Source: Stylophora pistillata (lineage: Eukaryota). From it: 64,000 nucleotides of DNA. Position numbers and translations under genes: made by a program. Below the pieces are notes generated by a model. It saw only the letters and a list, made by a program, of their open reading frames with translations, did not search any database and was not told the DNA's origin. How positions within the stretch are numbered: the first letter of the stretch is position 1; every line of letters starts with the position of its first letter. This document shows positions 1-11,468 of this stretch, one piece after another. The stretch lies in NCBI RefSeq assembly GCF_002571385.2, contig NW_019218415.1:1-64000 (forward strand), in the 5' to 3' direction.

Positions 1-254
1 GGGGGGGGGGGGGAGGGGTGAGAAGGAGTAGTGGCAGCTAATCAATGAACAACATATATTTAGGCTCTCATTGCTCCTGTAACATGATCACTTAGCAATT
101 AACTTAACTTAAAAGTCTGAGTGAGCTGGAAATTTTAGCATGTGAAGTTCAATAGCTTGCTAATGAGTTGTAGCACTCTGTCAAATAAGGGAACTAATGA
201 AGAAGTACAGAAAGGCAATATCTGATTGGTCCAAAATTTTACTCTTTGTTGCAG

Positions 255-1913
255 GTAACACTTGCAACAAATAGCCGTCATTCATCATTGTCTCGGTATT
301 CCCAAAGAAATGTTGCCACTTTACCCATAGCAGAGTTAGGGTATGGCCATCACAACTGGGCTGAGGTTGTCTTCCAAGGAACCATACCCCAATCTCTACA
401 GCCTATACAGGGCCATTTCCTACAAAATCCAGATCTTCAGTTTTTTGCCCCGTTCAAATTACCGGTGAGTAAAAAGTATGATTTGACCATCAGGTAGATG
501 AGTTATTTCTCAATTCTTCTTGAAGTATAATAATTATGGTATCAAAACCATATTTCTCTATTAATAATATTTAACATACATGTAAGATAATCTAAGTTAG
601 AGTTAACCTTCATTTACCAACAAGGTCTTCAGTAACTATTGTAAGTTTCCTATTGCATATAAAGGTGAAATTTATTGTTTATTCATATCAGACAAGCAAA
701 TGAAGATATAATTCCACGTGTAGACTTGCCTGTAACATTATCTCAGGATTGATTGAACAGGAATTTTTCAAGCAGAAATGAGAAATATCAGAAGTCAAAT
801 GAAAGATATCAATTACAGGGTGTTGTCTGATTTAACTCCAAATTTTATGAGATTTAACTGTAAGAAAAGTATGGCAGGCAGTGTGAAGAACTGATTTAAG
901 ATGTTGAGAGTAGTCTAAATGTTTTGTTGTTGTGCATTTGTAATGACGGTGATTTACCTCTCAGTCGTAGTAATGTTTTTTTTATACATGCCAATTCTAC
1001 ACAGGATGCACAATGAAAATTATTGTATGAACTTGAGTGCACATTTCAGGAAAATTGTCTTGTTATTTCATTTTCCACTTTTTCACTAACTAGCAATTTA
1101 AAGTACTTGTCATATATTGTAAGACAAAAATAATTGGTAAAATGGAATATTCTTAGTAGTCACCTGATTTTTCTACAACAAATTGTGATGCAGTGTGAGC
1201 CACAAGAAACATAGTCTCCAGTGTATCTTAATTTTATGTCAGTCTTTAAATTCTTTTTAATATATCAAAAATCATTACTAATATTTTCTTTTCCTCCAAA
1301 TGTCAAGAATTATGCAGAACTTTACCCAGAGGGCATTGTTAACCCTGGTAGCATATCTGCCAGTGAAGACAGAAGGCGACAGAATGTGCCAGACGAACCA
1401 CCTCCAGCATATACACCAGCAGAAAACCCAGAACTTTGTCAGCTTCCTGGTGCTTCTTGGAGTGCCTCCTTAAATTCACACCCTGCATTGCCGACTGAAG
1501 AAAGGGTATCAGGGCAAGGGTCAACAACAAGTATTTCAGCTAGAACTCTAACAGAACTTGGGAATGAACCCCAATCAAGAGGTTCAGAACACTCACAATT
1601 TCCAGAGACTCCATCAGCAAGTCTAGTATCATGCACTCCAATTGTTACGCTGCAGGTAGAAGATTCAACTTTTTCATCGCTACCTGGAACATCTTCAGTA
1701 GCAGATTCTTCAGAAGTTATGGCAAGGTCCTCAAGTGCTGTTGCGGTATCACCAGGAGTGTCTTTGACTTCACTACCAAACTCAGTGCAACTCACTCTGG
1801 ATATGGATCACATAGGATCATCTGAATCACAAAACAACACTACACATGGTGAAACCACCACTACTCCTGCTGAGACAAATGGATCTAAATTCACTGTGAT
1901 AACTACATTGTAG
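255..1913 (+). CDS. 3' end (last two coding exons, 255-464 and 1308-1913) of an unidentified protein with PY motifs and a Ser/Thr-rich tail; 5' part lies upstream of the window
   Basis: Acceptor ttgcag|255, donor ccg|gtgagt at 464/465, acceptor aag|1308, all phase 0. The join reads FKLP|NYAEL and continues through PPPAY to ...VITTL-stop at 1911-1913. No family recognised. Confidence 0.7.
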
Positions 1914-2271
1914 CCAAGAAAATAGCTACCATACTGGCTAACAAATGAAAAAAGGAAGCAGTCTTTTCTGGGTTATCAAAGAATGATATTCCCTGAAGGC
2001 TGTGACTACTTTTGCTTAGAACAGGTTGTACGCTTATGCTGAACAGGTGGAATTTACAACTTGAGAATTAAACCATTGTGACATGATGAGGGTTTGAAAA
2101 TGTAAATGTACCCAAACAGCTGAATCTTTTTTCCACTAACAATGGAGATAGTCATGATGAGGTTCCTGATGACTCGTTCTCTTGTCTTTATGTATGGTTC
2201 CTGAGAACTTGGCCTCGTTTAGGAAGAGTTTCAAGTACACTGTTTGATATGTCAGATGATTTAGGTACGAG

Positions 2272-2444
2272 CAGGGCTCAACACTAACTTTTCAACTCAC
2301 TAGCCTAGTTGCTAGTGACAACTTCGATGTTACAACAATTTCACTTTGTTTACTTAAGCCAAACTGGCTAGTAGAAATAAAAAACCACTGGCCAAAACTG
2401 AATTTCTACTATTCTGTGGGCTAGTTAGCTCGTGTTGAGCCCTG
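2272..2444. mobile_element. hAT-like MITE in the 3' UTR/intergenic region
   Basis: TIR CAGGGCTCAACAC ... GTGTTGAGCCCTG; no clean TSD. Confidence 0.6.
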
Positions 2445-3849
2445 ACTAGAATATTAATTAATTTGCTGACCAGTTCCTTCTGTAAAGTAATTTTTAGGTA
2501 TGGTATCCCTTTCTTTACCAGTACATTGAATCATAGTTAATCGATTAACTGATTAAATATCAGAAAACCAATATCACATTCCTGTATGCAAACTAAAGAC
2601 TCAGAACTGGCTCTTTGACTGGGGATTGAAGGTCATTTCTAGCCCCAATGTACAGCTTTTTTTTCCCTATATTTATTTTTTTCCCTATTTTTTATATATA
2701 AAGTTTACTATTTAACAGCAATCATTTTTACTGACCTGTGGTACAAATATTTCTATTTTTTCTTTTGTTAAAAATGTGAAAAATTTTTACATGGTCCTTG
2801 AAACTAACTACTTGTAGTATACATATTTAAGTTAAGTGGCTTGACTCTTGACAGTGACAGGGATCTAATTTCTCCTTACAAATCATGTATTCACCTCTGA
2901 ATCACACTTAAGGTTACAAAAATAAAAGAAAATGATCCCTAACTAAAGAAAGCTCTTGATGCTGTTACATAAATTCTCCTTGGCAGTACCTTGGGAATTT
3001 TTGGAGAACAGTTTGGAGAATATGCATGCTGATGTTAAAGTGTAAAGCAGGAAATCATGCATTTGAGCAACTTAATTGTGGTGTAATATATTTTTCTTAC
3101 AAATGCAGTTGTTATATGTTATTAATAATTGTAAACAGTAAATAAATATTAGTATTTTCTTCATAGAATCACGTTTCCTTCCTCTCCAGCAAGAACTGTT
3201 AGCAGTATCCATCTAAGTACAAACTCCCATTAGTGACCAAAACAGAATTCTCTGCATCAAACAGACAAGTGACATGATAAAAAAAATTAATTAATTAGGG
3301 GGTAATCAATTGATCCATTATTTAATTCTCTCAACTAATGTTATAAGAATTGTCTGGCAGACAGTATAGAGCCACCATAATAGAGAATTAGTGATGAGAT
3401 ATTGGGTGCGAAAAGATTAAAATGATTACAGTTGCCTCCTCTTGTGAGTTCACATACTTCTTAGGTCTGACCTTTCTGTGCATCTCTCTTTGTTGGACCT
3501 TTTTGAACTGTTGGAATTTATGAAACCCTGCCTCTGATCATTGACTAAGATCCAAGACACAACAATGTATTTTAGGGGAGCGTTGCGTGACACCCCAAAA
3601 AAACGGCTGCGAGGGAGACTAGCCCTTTGGGAGAGGCCTTAAATTTTTCAACGAGAAAGGACTGGGAATGAAACTCAATACATTTGGTCAGCAGTTTTAT
3701 CCCCAAAGGGCATAGATGTTATCATACATGAAGTAGCAAATTGCTGCGAAGACGTCCACAGCCGTTTTGACTTTCTTGTAAGATTGAATTTACAGTTAAT
3801 TTTTGATCCTGTTTATCGGTTTTGATGACCACATCGAAAGCTCACTGAC

Positions 3850-5490
3850 ATGGAAGCAAATCAACAAACACAGAGTCAAGGAGCCACCAAACAAGCCATG
3901 ATTTATATCTGCGGAGGTTGGTTATCTTAATGGAACATTGTACAGCACGAGGTGTCTTCCTTCCTAAGCGTGTAGTTCAGACTCTTAAGTTTGAGGGTGT
4001 AATGAAGAACCATCTTTCTTAAACAGGAAATAATTTGAAAGAAATCAAGAGAGGAGAATCACCTTGATGAAAATAACTTCTTGGTTTTTGGCAGGTTAAT
4101 GAGTAGCACAACACGAAATAATGATCACTGATCAACAATTATTTACTAAATCGAAGGAGAAAGATGGTAAATTTTGGGCTCGGTGAAGAAATAGAGAAAG
4201 ATGCTTTTTGTCTGGTCACGAGTGTGGGACAAAGAAAAACTTCTGAGTCCCTGTTAGGAGTCGCACCTCAGACCTTCGAATTCCGCGCTCGGAGTGCAGA
4301 ATCCGAGGCAAAATTGAAGAACAGCTCCCCAAAATATCCGTCCGCTGACTGTTGGCTGACAGTCGACCAACAGTTGGCCGACAGTCAGCTGACGAATGAC
4401 CAACAGACGGCTGACATTCGGCCGACAGTTGGCTGACAGTCGCCCAACAGTCGGCCGTCAGTTTTCCCAATCGACACGAAAAGCTGTCGGCCGACTGTTT
4501 GCTGACAGTTGGTAAACTCTCGGTCACTTGATGGTTTTCTCTTGGTAGTCTGTCAGTTTACCATTTTTCATCGATTTATCCAATTTTACCCAAATGGTAA
4601 AATTGAAAAACAGCTCCCCAAAATATCTGTCAGCCGACTGTCGGTGAACTGTCGGTGAGCTGTTGGTCATCTGTCCTTTTTGATCAAGTTCACACAAAGA
4701 TTGCATGCTGTTTGAGTTCCATCTGTACTTTATATAGCGATAAAAACTCAAAATATCTGGGCAAAAATATTAAATTTTTTCGACCTTTCAAACTCGCGTG
4801 TGAAATCAAAACATCGATCCCGTAGAGAGAGACTGGGATGAACCAATGAGAGGCCGTTTTATAAGGTAGCCAATCGGCAACGATTGTATATTTTCAAACT
4901 AGTTGCGGGGGGTCTTTCTACATGCTTTTGTTCGATATTACGCAGACCCACTTAGCAAAGAATCAGTGGGGTTGCACGTAGGCTAATCCAATGGTTACAC
5001 TCTTGAAAATCATCATGTATTTTGTACCTCAGGCTAAGATTCCTCAGTATGGCCCTTGTGTTTTGTTATTAGGAAGAATTTATTATTATTAAATTAATAA
5101 ATACAACACATTTTCTCTGAGTGTTCTCAGAGTGTTCTCCCAGCATCCACAGTAGCTTTATCATGTTATAAAGCCTAGAAAAATGTGCTGTATTTCTTCC
5201 TAATAACAGAGCACAAGGGCTGTACTGAGGAATGTTGTTTGATGACATAACTAGTTAAAATATTATTAGTTACATGCAGGTTCTATTTAACAATTATTCC
5301 ACAAACACACGTTGGATATGAGATGATAGATAGCCAACTCATATCCAACAAGCGGGAGTGGAATAATTGTTTTATTAAAAACGCCCTTGAGAAATTATTA
5401 TTTTCTAAGAAGAAACCGGATTTTTTAGCTCCCTTTTGATTTTAAGCTGACACGTACGCTTACCATATTTGTAAATTATGGTATATTGGT

Positions 5491-5561
<71 letters not shown>

Positions 5562-6786
5562 ACCTGATACAGCATCCACTTGAAAACTGAAATGACCAAT
5601 CATGATGAGCATTATGTTCACTATGTTATAACATGTTATGGAGTTTGTTGTGTAAGTGGATTTGCAGTAGTTTATATGTTGAAGTTTAACACTCATCCAG
5701 TACATGCAAGTGGTTGTTAAAGAGAATAGAGAACATTTTTTAAGGTAACTCACTCTTTACAATTATCTATTCGTTCTTACATTCAGAGTGTCACACAGAA
5801 AATGAGATCAAATCAAGGGACCCTATTCGTTGTCGGGAATGTGGATACAGGATCATGTACAAGAAAAGGACAAAGAGAAGTATCCTTTTGCCAACCAGGT
5901 GCTATGCTAAAGTCAAGACAATTGTCATGTATCAAATGGAATTATGTGAGCAAAACATCAGTTGACAAAAGGAAAAGGATTCCAAATAATAACACATGAA
6001 TGGTTGTGTCTGAGTGACAAGCTATTAACCAATTTATTTCTAATACATGATTGTCAATTCTCCCTTCTAGTTGCTCTGTATTTCCTCTTGAATTAGTTAT
6101 GAGAATTTGGTTTAAAATCAAGGTAGCATTCAGCCACCTGATAGGTTTAAGGATTTATCATAATCTGTTTGCTAGATGATGTATGGATATTGTAGAAAGA
6201 AGTTACTTGCCCTCCCCTTCTTTTCCTTTCTCCAGGCAACCCATGGGCATTTGATTGTAATTTGTGCCTGGGGGGTGAGGGTGGGGAATTTGAACTGGAA
6301 AGGTGAAGTCTTTCCAGGGGAGTACAAGTGTTATATCTTTAATTATGAAGGTGTTTCAGGTAAATAGTTCACTTTTGGGAGCAAATGGCTCAGAAGAAAA
6401 AGGGCCACAAGGTCTAGGCTTTAAAGCTTGATCAATGTGATCAATGGTGGGGCATTTGAACCGAATTTTTGCCTCGGGGAACCGGAATTTTAACAAACCA
6501 ATCTTCAAATGATCAAATGCCCAGGGTAAAGGGGGGTGTGGAGGGGGGGGGATGTTCAAGCTTTCAATTGATCAACACATTAGTCACCTGGGTCTGCCCT
6601 ATTCTGCTCTCAGTAGAATTAAAATACGTTTATGTTTTGAAGGATCAAAGGTTTAAGGAAAGAAACTGTGTGATAAAATCTATATATTTGTGGCAATTTG
6701 ACTTGGAAAGGAAAAATGATTGTTCACAACGTAGTTGTCTCCTTAACAAATTGCTTCTTAAAGTGGTGGTTTTTGATGCAAGATGA
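3850..6786 (+). CDS. POLR2K: DNA-directed RNA polymerases I/II/III subunit RPABC4 (RPB12); exons 3850-3916, 5787-5879, 6764-6786; 60 aa
   Basis: Spliced product [60 protein letters not shown] contains the RPB12 zinc ribbon. GT-AG introns, phases 1/1. Confidence 0.97.
4145..4295. mobile_element. Truncated interspersed repeat, probably a SINE fragment, in POLR2K intron 1
   Basis: Contains a tRNA-box-like segment (ggagtcgcacctcagaccttcgaattccgcgctc); no TSD found. Confidence 0.4.
4310..4680. repeat. Degenerate ~11-bp quasi-palindromic tandem array (CAGTYGGCCGA / CTGTYGGCCGA) behind a duplicated head AAATTGAARAACAGCTCCCCAAAATATC
   Basis: Head present at ~4310 and ~4600; repeated units visible at 4345-4510 and 4625-4670. 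Confidence 0.65.
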
Positions 6787-8776
6787 CATGGTTTCAACAT
6801 CCTTACAAGAAAAATCTGCCTAACCAGATATTTTCAGTGGAGTTGCAGTTCCCTCTGCTTAGTGACACACGTGGAAATGAATATAATTCTATTCACATTT
6901 TCCCAGTCTCATTTCTGCATTTATCTTGCTGTACAATACTCTTTTATTAGGAAAATAACGCTCTGTCATTAAAGTTTTTTCCTTTTTTTTTAAACATATC
7001 CATGTTCTTTTCTTGTAATGATCACTAATATTAAAAAAAATTCTATAGAATTCACCTGCTATCAGAGAAACTTGGGCCTAACAAGTCATTTGCTTAGATT
7101 GTGATTGTCCCAATTTCTAACATCACAGAAGCGGTTACTAAAGATGATAAAATTGTGCTGTCATCAATGGAAAAGAGAAAAAGTGTTTGTCGTTTTTTGC
7201 AGTGAGCATGAGACAAAAAAGAATGTATTGTTTTTAAGTGGAGAAAAATGTAATAAAATAAGAACGTAATTGAAGAAATAACATCCGTGCAGCTGAAAAA
7301 AAAGACAAACAAAAAAAAAAAACAACAACTAGGTCTACTCCGAAGGAAAATGAGACATACTTGCCGTTAGTTGGCATCGCGTGGCGGCTTGTTGTAAGAA
7401 ATAAAATAACTGTCGGGTCCGTCGGTTATTCCGTTGGTTATTGTCCGTTGGTACATACCAGAATAATTATTCCCTCGCTGTTGGTAAAAGTGTTTGATAT
7501 CTTATTTTACCGCAGTAATTGTCGAGTACTTCAATGGATATTACATGTAATACTGTGCTTTCTCTGTAATTTTGTGCACTGTGGTTCTTGTCTCTGAAAA
7601 CGGCCAATTTAAGCCATCTGGAGGGCATGGCTCTGAACCTTCACCTTAAAGAAAGGCTTAATGTAAGAGGGCGTTCTAAACCAAATATAAAACAAGAAAA
7701 GCAAACAAACAAAAAAATCGCAGTAATCTATGCTCCTCTCATTTGTTAAGTTAAATAAATTGGCGAGGCACAGTTGTAAAAACAAACTGCTTTATTTGAG
7801 AGCTAAGGTGCCCATTCAACTTTTTGTTTTCTCAAATAATATTTACAACGAAATTTAAGAATTTTCTATTTTTACATCTGTCGCATTCGAAAATCGCTGG
7901 TATAGTGAAAAACTCTCTCCGAGCGCAGAGTCCAAATTGGAGTTAATCGGTGTGTTATTGGCGTGAAGTATTTCTGGGTGATTCACGATATAACAATTGT
8001 GTATTCTCATATGGTCAGATAAAGTCACATGAAATGTTTTATGTACAATTTTGACAGATTTCCCATTTTCGTATACGGGCTGTTGAGCCAACTGTCTGAC
8101 ACTAGCTGTCCTTTGATCCTTTACTTTTCTTAAAACTTTGTCACTAATCACTGAGGAAAAATAACACGGTCTTCCCTAAAACATTTACATTATCACTCGG
8201 TATTGTATAGAAAAAAAAATAACACCGTAACGCTAACGAAATTCTTTTCAGCACATAAAAAGAAGGGTGGCGGGGGGTTGGTAAAAAGAGCAGTTCCGCA
8301 TTTAACGGCGGAATTTCTGTCCAAACGCGAGGGAAGGGGGGAGAGAATTCAATCTTGTAACTGTCCTATGGTTCGTCATACGACAGTCTTAAATTGATCA
8401 ATTGTGACTCATTAATGATCATTAATGGTATGTAACGGAGGGAAGAGAAAAGGGGATAAACTCTCAAAAGTAAATAAAACTTAAACAATGGCCCTGTCTA
8501 AACCTACTCTACTCGCATTACAGCTAATTCATTTATAATAAAACTGTAAGAAAATAGAGCTACAATACGTTCTTTCGGGTTGTTTTGTTCGACCATTGAA
8601 AATGATGAACATGGCAGTGAAGCCTTTGAAATAAAAATAGGCGAAGGTAGACAGACACCGCAAAGACAAGAAAAAGTCAAAACAGAACACGGATGGTTTA
8701 GGATGGAGGGGATGGACGCGGATTGCACGGCGACATCAGATTAATTTTCCTCTCAATTCAAAGTAGGAGGAAGACA

Positions 8777-10515
8777 TCACACAGAATCTACTGTTGGTTC
8801 TTTATCTTCTTCGTTGTCTTTCCCCGATTCTTCCTGATCTTTAGCATCTCGTTCTGTTGATGAGTCTGCCTTACGCGTGTCCTCGTCATTCGTACTCTGA
8901 TTGAGTGATTCTCCTGAATCCTGAGGGGTAGTATCGTCTTTCTCTCCCTCAGGTTGTCCTCTTTCAGGCGGTTCCTGTTCAGGGGGATCCTCCCGGGACG
9001 TTTCCTTCTCAGAACTTTCTACAGGCTCATTCTGTTGCTCATCATCGTTATCCTTCGTTGTACCTTGTTCTTCAGCAGGAAGTTCACCCGACGGTTGATC
9101 AGCCTCAGGAGCAGCAGGCTCTCGCTCCTCAAGATCCCCTTCGCCTTCCTTTTCAGGGGCAGGATGATCACTTTCTTTCAGTTGATCCCCACCAGGTTGT
9201 TGCTGTCCTTCATTATTGTTCTCTCCTTCTCCTTGTTCCGCTTGTACTTCACCCGTCTCAGCGTGCACCTCCTCGCCATCTTGTTCTTCTTCCTCGCCAT
9301 CTTGTTCGTCTTTTGCGTCATCTTGTTTGTCTTCTTCGCCATCTTGTTTGTCTTCCTCGCCATCTCGTTTGTCTTCCTGGCTTTCTGTTTTGTCTTCCTC
9401 GCCTTCACGTTCACTTGCACTCTCTCCATGTTCTTGTTCATAACTATCTTCCTCCCGACGTGTATTATTCTTACGATCGTTTTCTCTTTCCGTCAGGAAC
9501 TGCTTAATTTCATCAGATAGTTCTTTTGATATCTGATTCATTGGCAGGAGTGTAAGGTCGACAACTGACTTATTGGCTTTCACTGCTTCAAACATCTTTA
9601 GCGCTCCTTCGTCACCGATTTTGTTCCCCTCCATGTCAATATAGCTAAGGCTTGAACATCCGTGTATGCCTTCAGCTAGGGCAATAGCTTCCTCGTCACC
9701 TAAATCATTGAAGTCAAGAGAAATTGTTTCCACAGTGCTATTTGTGGTCAAGGCCTTGCTAATTCTCTTCCAACCCTCTAAGTCAATGCTGTTACCGCTG
9801 ATCGTAAGTATGGAGACCGTCTGGTTATGCTCGATCAGTTTGGCGATATGTTTGGCGCCATCTTGCGTGATGCCACAGCCTCCCAAGTCCAGGTTCATTA
9901 TTGCCGTGCCTGTGGTTTCTAAAATAGCGTTAACTAGTATTCCAACTCCTTCATCGTTTAACTTATTTCCATGTAACCTGAAAAAGAACAACAAATTCGA
10001 TATTGGTCGATTTTCCCGCTGCAGTGTGAGGGATTCGAATTTGACATATCTTCGCTTTGCCGACGCTACGCTACCAGAAAATTTTGATAAACTTTTGATC
10101 AAATGATACAAACATACAAACAAACAGACTTAAAAATCAGTAGTTACTTACAGCAGCATCTTGATTGAATTGTTCTCTCTGATTACTTCAGCCAGGTGTT
10201 TTGCACCTTCGGGTCCGAAAGCATTCACACTTAAGTTCAGCATCTAAAAAACAAACAAGCAAGCATAACAGTTAATATCGGTGCTACTTATCAAGATTAT
10301 CGAGAACATCATTGATCACCGGCTGTTCTTGTACATCTCTATGACGACATAACTCACTGCCTTAGGTAATAAATTAACAACCGCACCTTTAAATCAAGCC
10401 TGTTCTTTAGAGAAGGAGCCAGTATTCCTAGCATATCGTCATCTAACGAAGCATTTCTGAGAATGATTGATCCAAGCTCTTCGCGCGAGTCTATGATGCT
10501 TGCAACCTCTTCAAC
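8777..10515 (-). CDS. LRR-domain exons (10387-10515, 10152-10243, 8777-9977) plus acidic C-terminal tail of the ERICH3-like gene
   Basis: ~28-aa RNI-type repeats: MLNLSVNAFGPEGAKHLA, LLLHGNKLNDEGVGILV, LDLGGCGITQDGAKHIA, LTISGNSIDLEG, ISLDFNDLGDEEA, IDMEGNKIGDEGA. Confidence 0.9.
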
Positions 10516-11435
10516 CTGTGAGAATCAAAAAGAACAATTACAGAATCAAAGGTGAGTTTACTGCTTTGAGTGTCAAAAATTTCAAACTCCTTCAATCGTT
10601 CCTTTTTGTACCTGTTCTTTGGTAAGTTCGACGCCAGCGATGTCAACATCCTCTTTCCCTTCCAGCAGAGCACTGACTGAACCCTCGTGCTTGGCACCAG
10701 GCTGCACGCCAACTGCCTTCAAAGCCTGATCCGGTAACTGTCCGGAGGAGACTAAGTCTGGATCACTACCGGGATCTTGATCAGATTCTGACGTCACTTT
10801 CCTTTCCTCTGTTGACTTGCGCTCTGCTGATAAGCAAGAAACAGAGAGTTGACAGTGACCAATTTCGGAAAAAAAATAAAAACAACAACAACAACAACCA
10901 CAACAAAAAAATGCTGGCAGTGCTCTGAAATGCGACTGCTTTGCTGGCCACGGCGAGTAGAAAACAAATTAAGCGAGCAAACCTACCTCGAAAGTCGCCA
11001 ATTTGGCGACCTACCTTTGACAGTTGTGCAGCAAGATAGAACTGTTTTTGTTACTTAACGCTTTTAGTCTAAACTTAAAGTGAGATTTACGTTTGAGTGC
11101 AAGTTTACTCTTGGCAACTTTTTTTATTACTTTACGTCTCTAAATAGTGTCGAGTTTGGCATCCTATGCATGTGTGACGCATTTTAAAACTCCAGGATCT
11201 TTGCTTAAAATAAGATTACAATTCGCTTAACAATTAAGGTGTTCATGTCTTACTGGCAGACATAATTTGGATATATCAACAAAGTTGAAATGGTAAATTG
11301 GCCACCGTAACGATTACAAAAGCTGACGTTTCAGCGTTAGCCCTTCGTCGGAGCAGACAGTGTGATATCAAACATCTCTGACTATCCTACCTCGTTCCCC
11401 TTCATCCTCGCTGTTGCTGCTGTCACTGCTGTCGC

Positions 11436-11468
<33 letters not shown>

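Noticed and set aside
8954-9520. Overlapping + strand and alternative-frame ORFs (also 11362-11703, 12868-13239, 19980-20598)
   Set aside because: Shadow frames of low-complexity acidic or basic coding exons.
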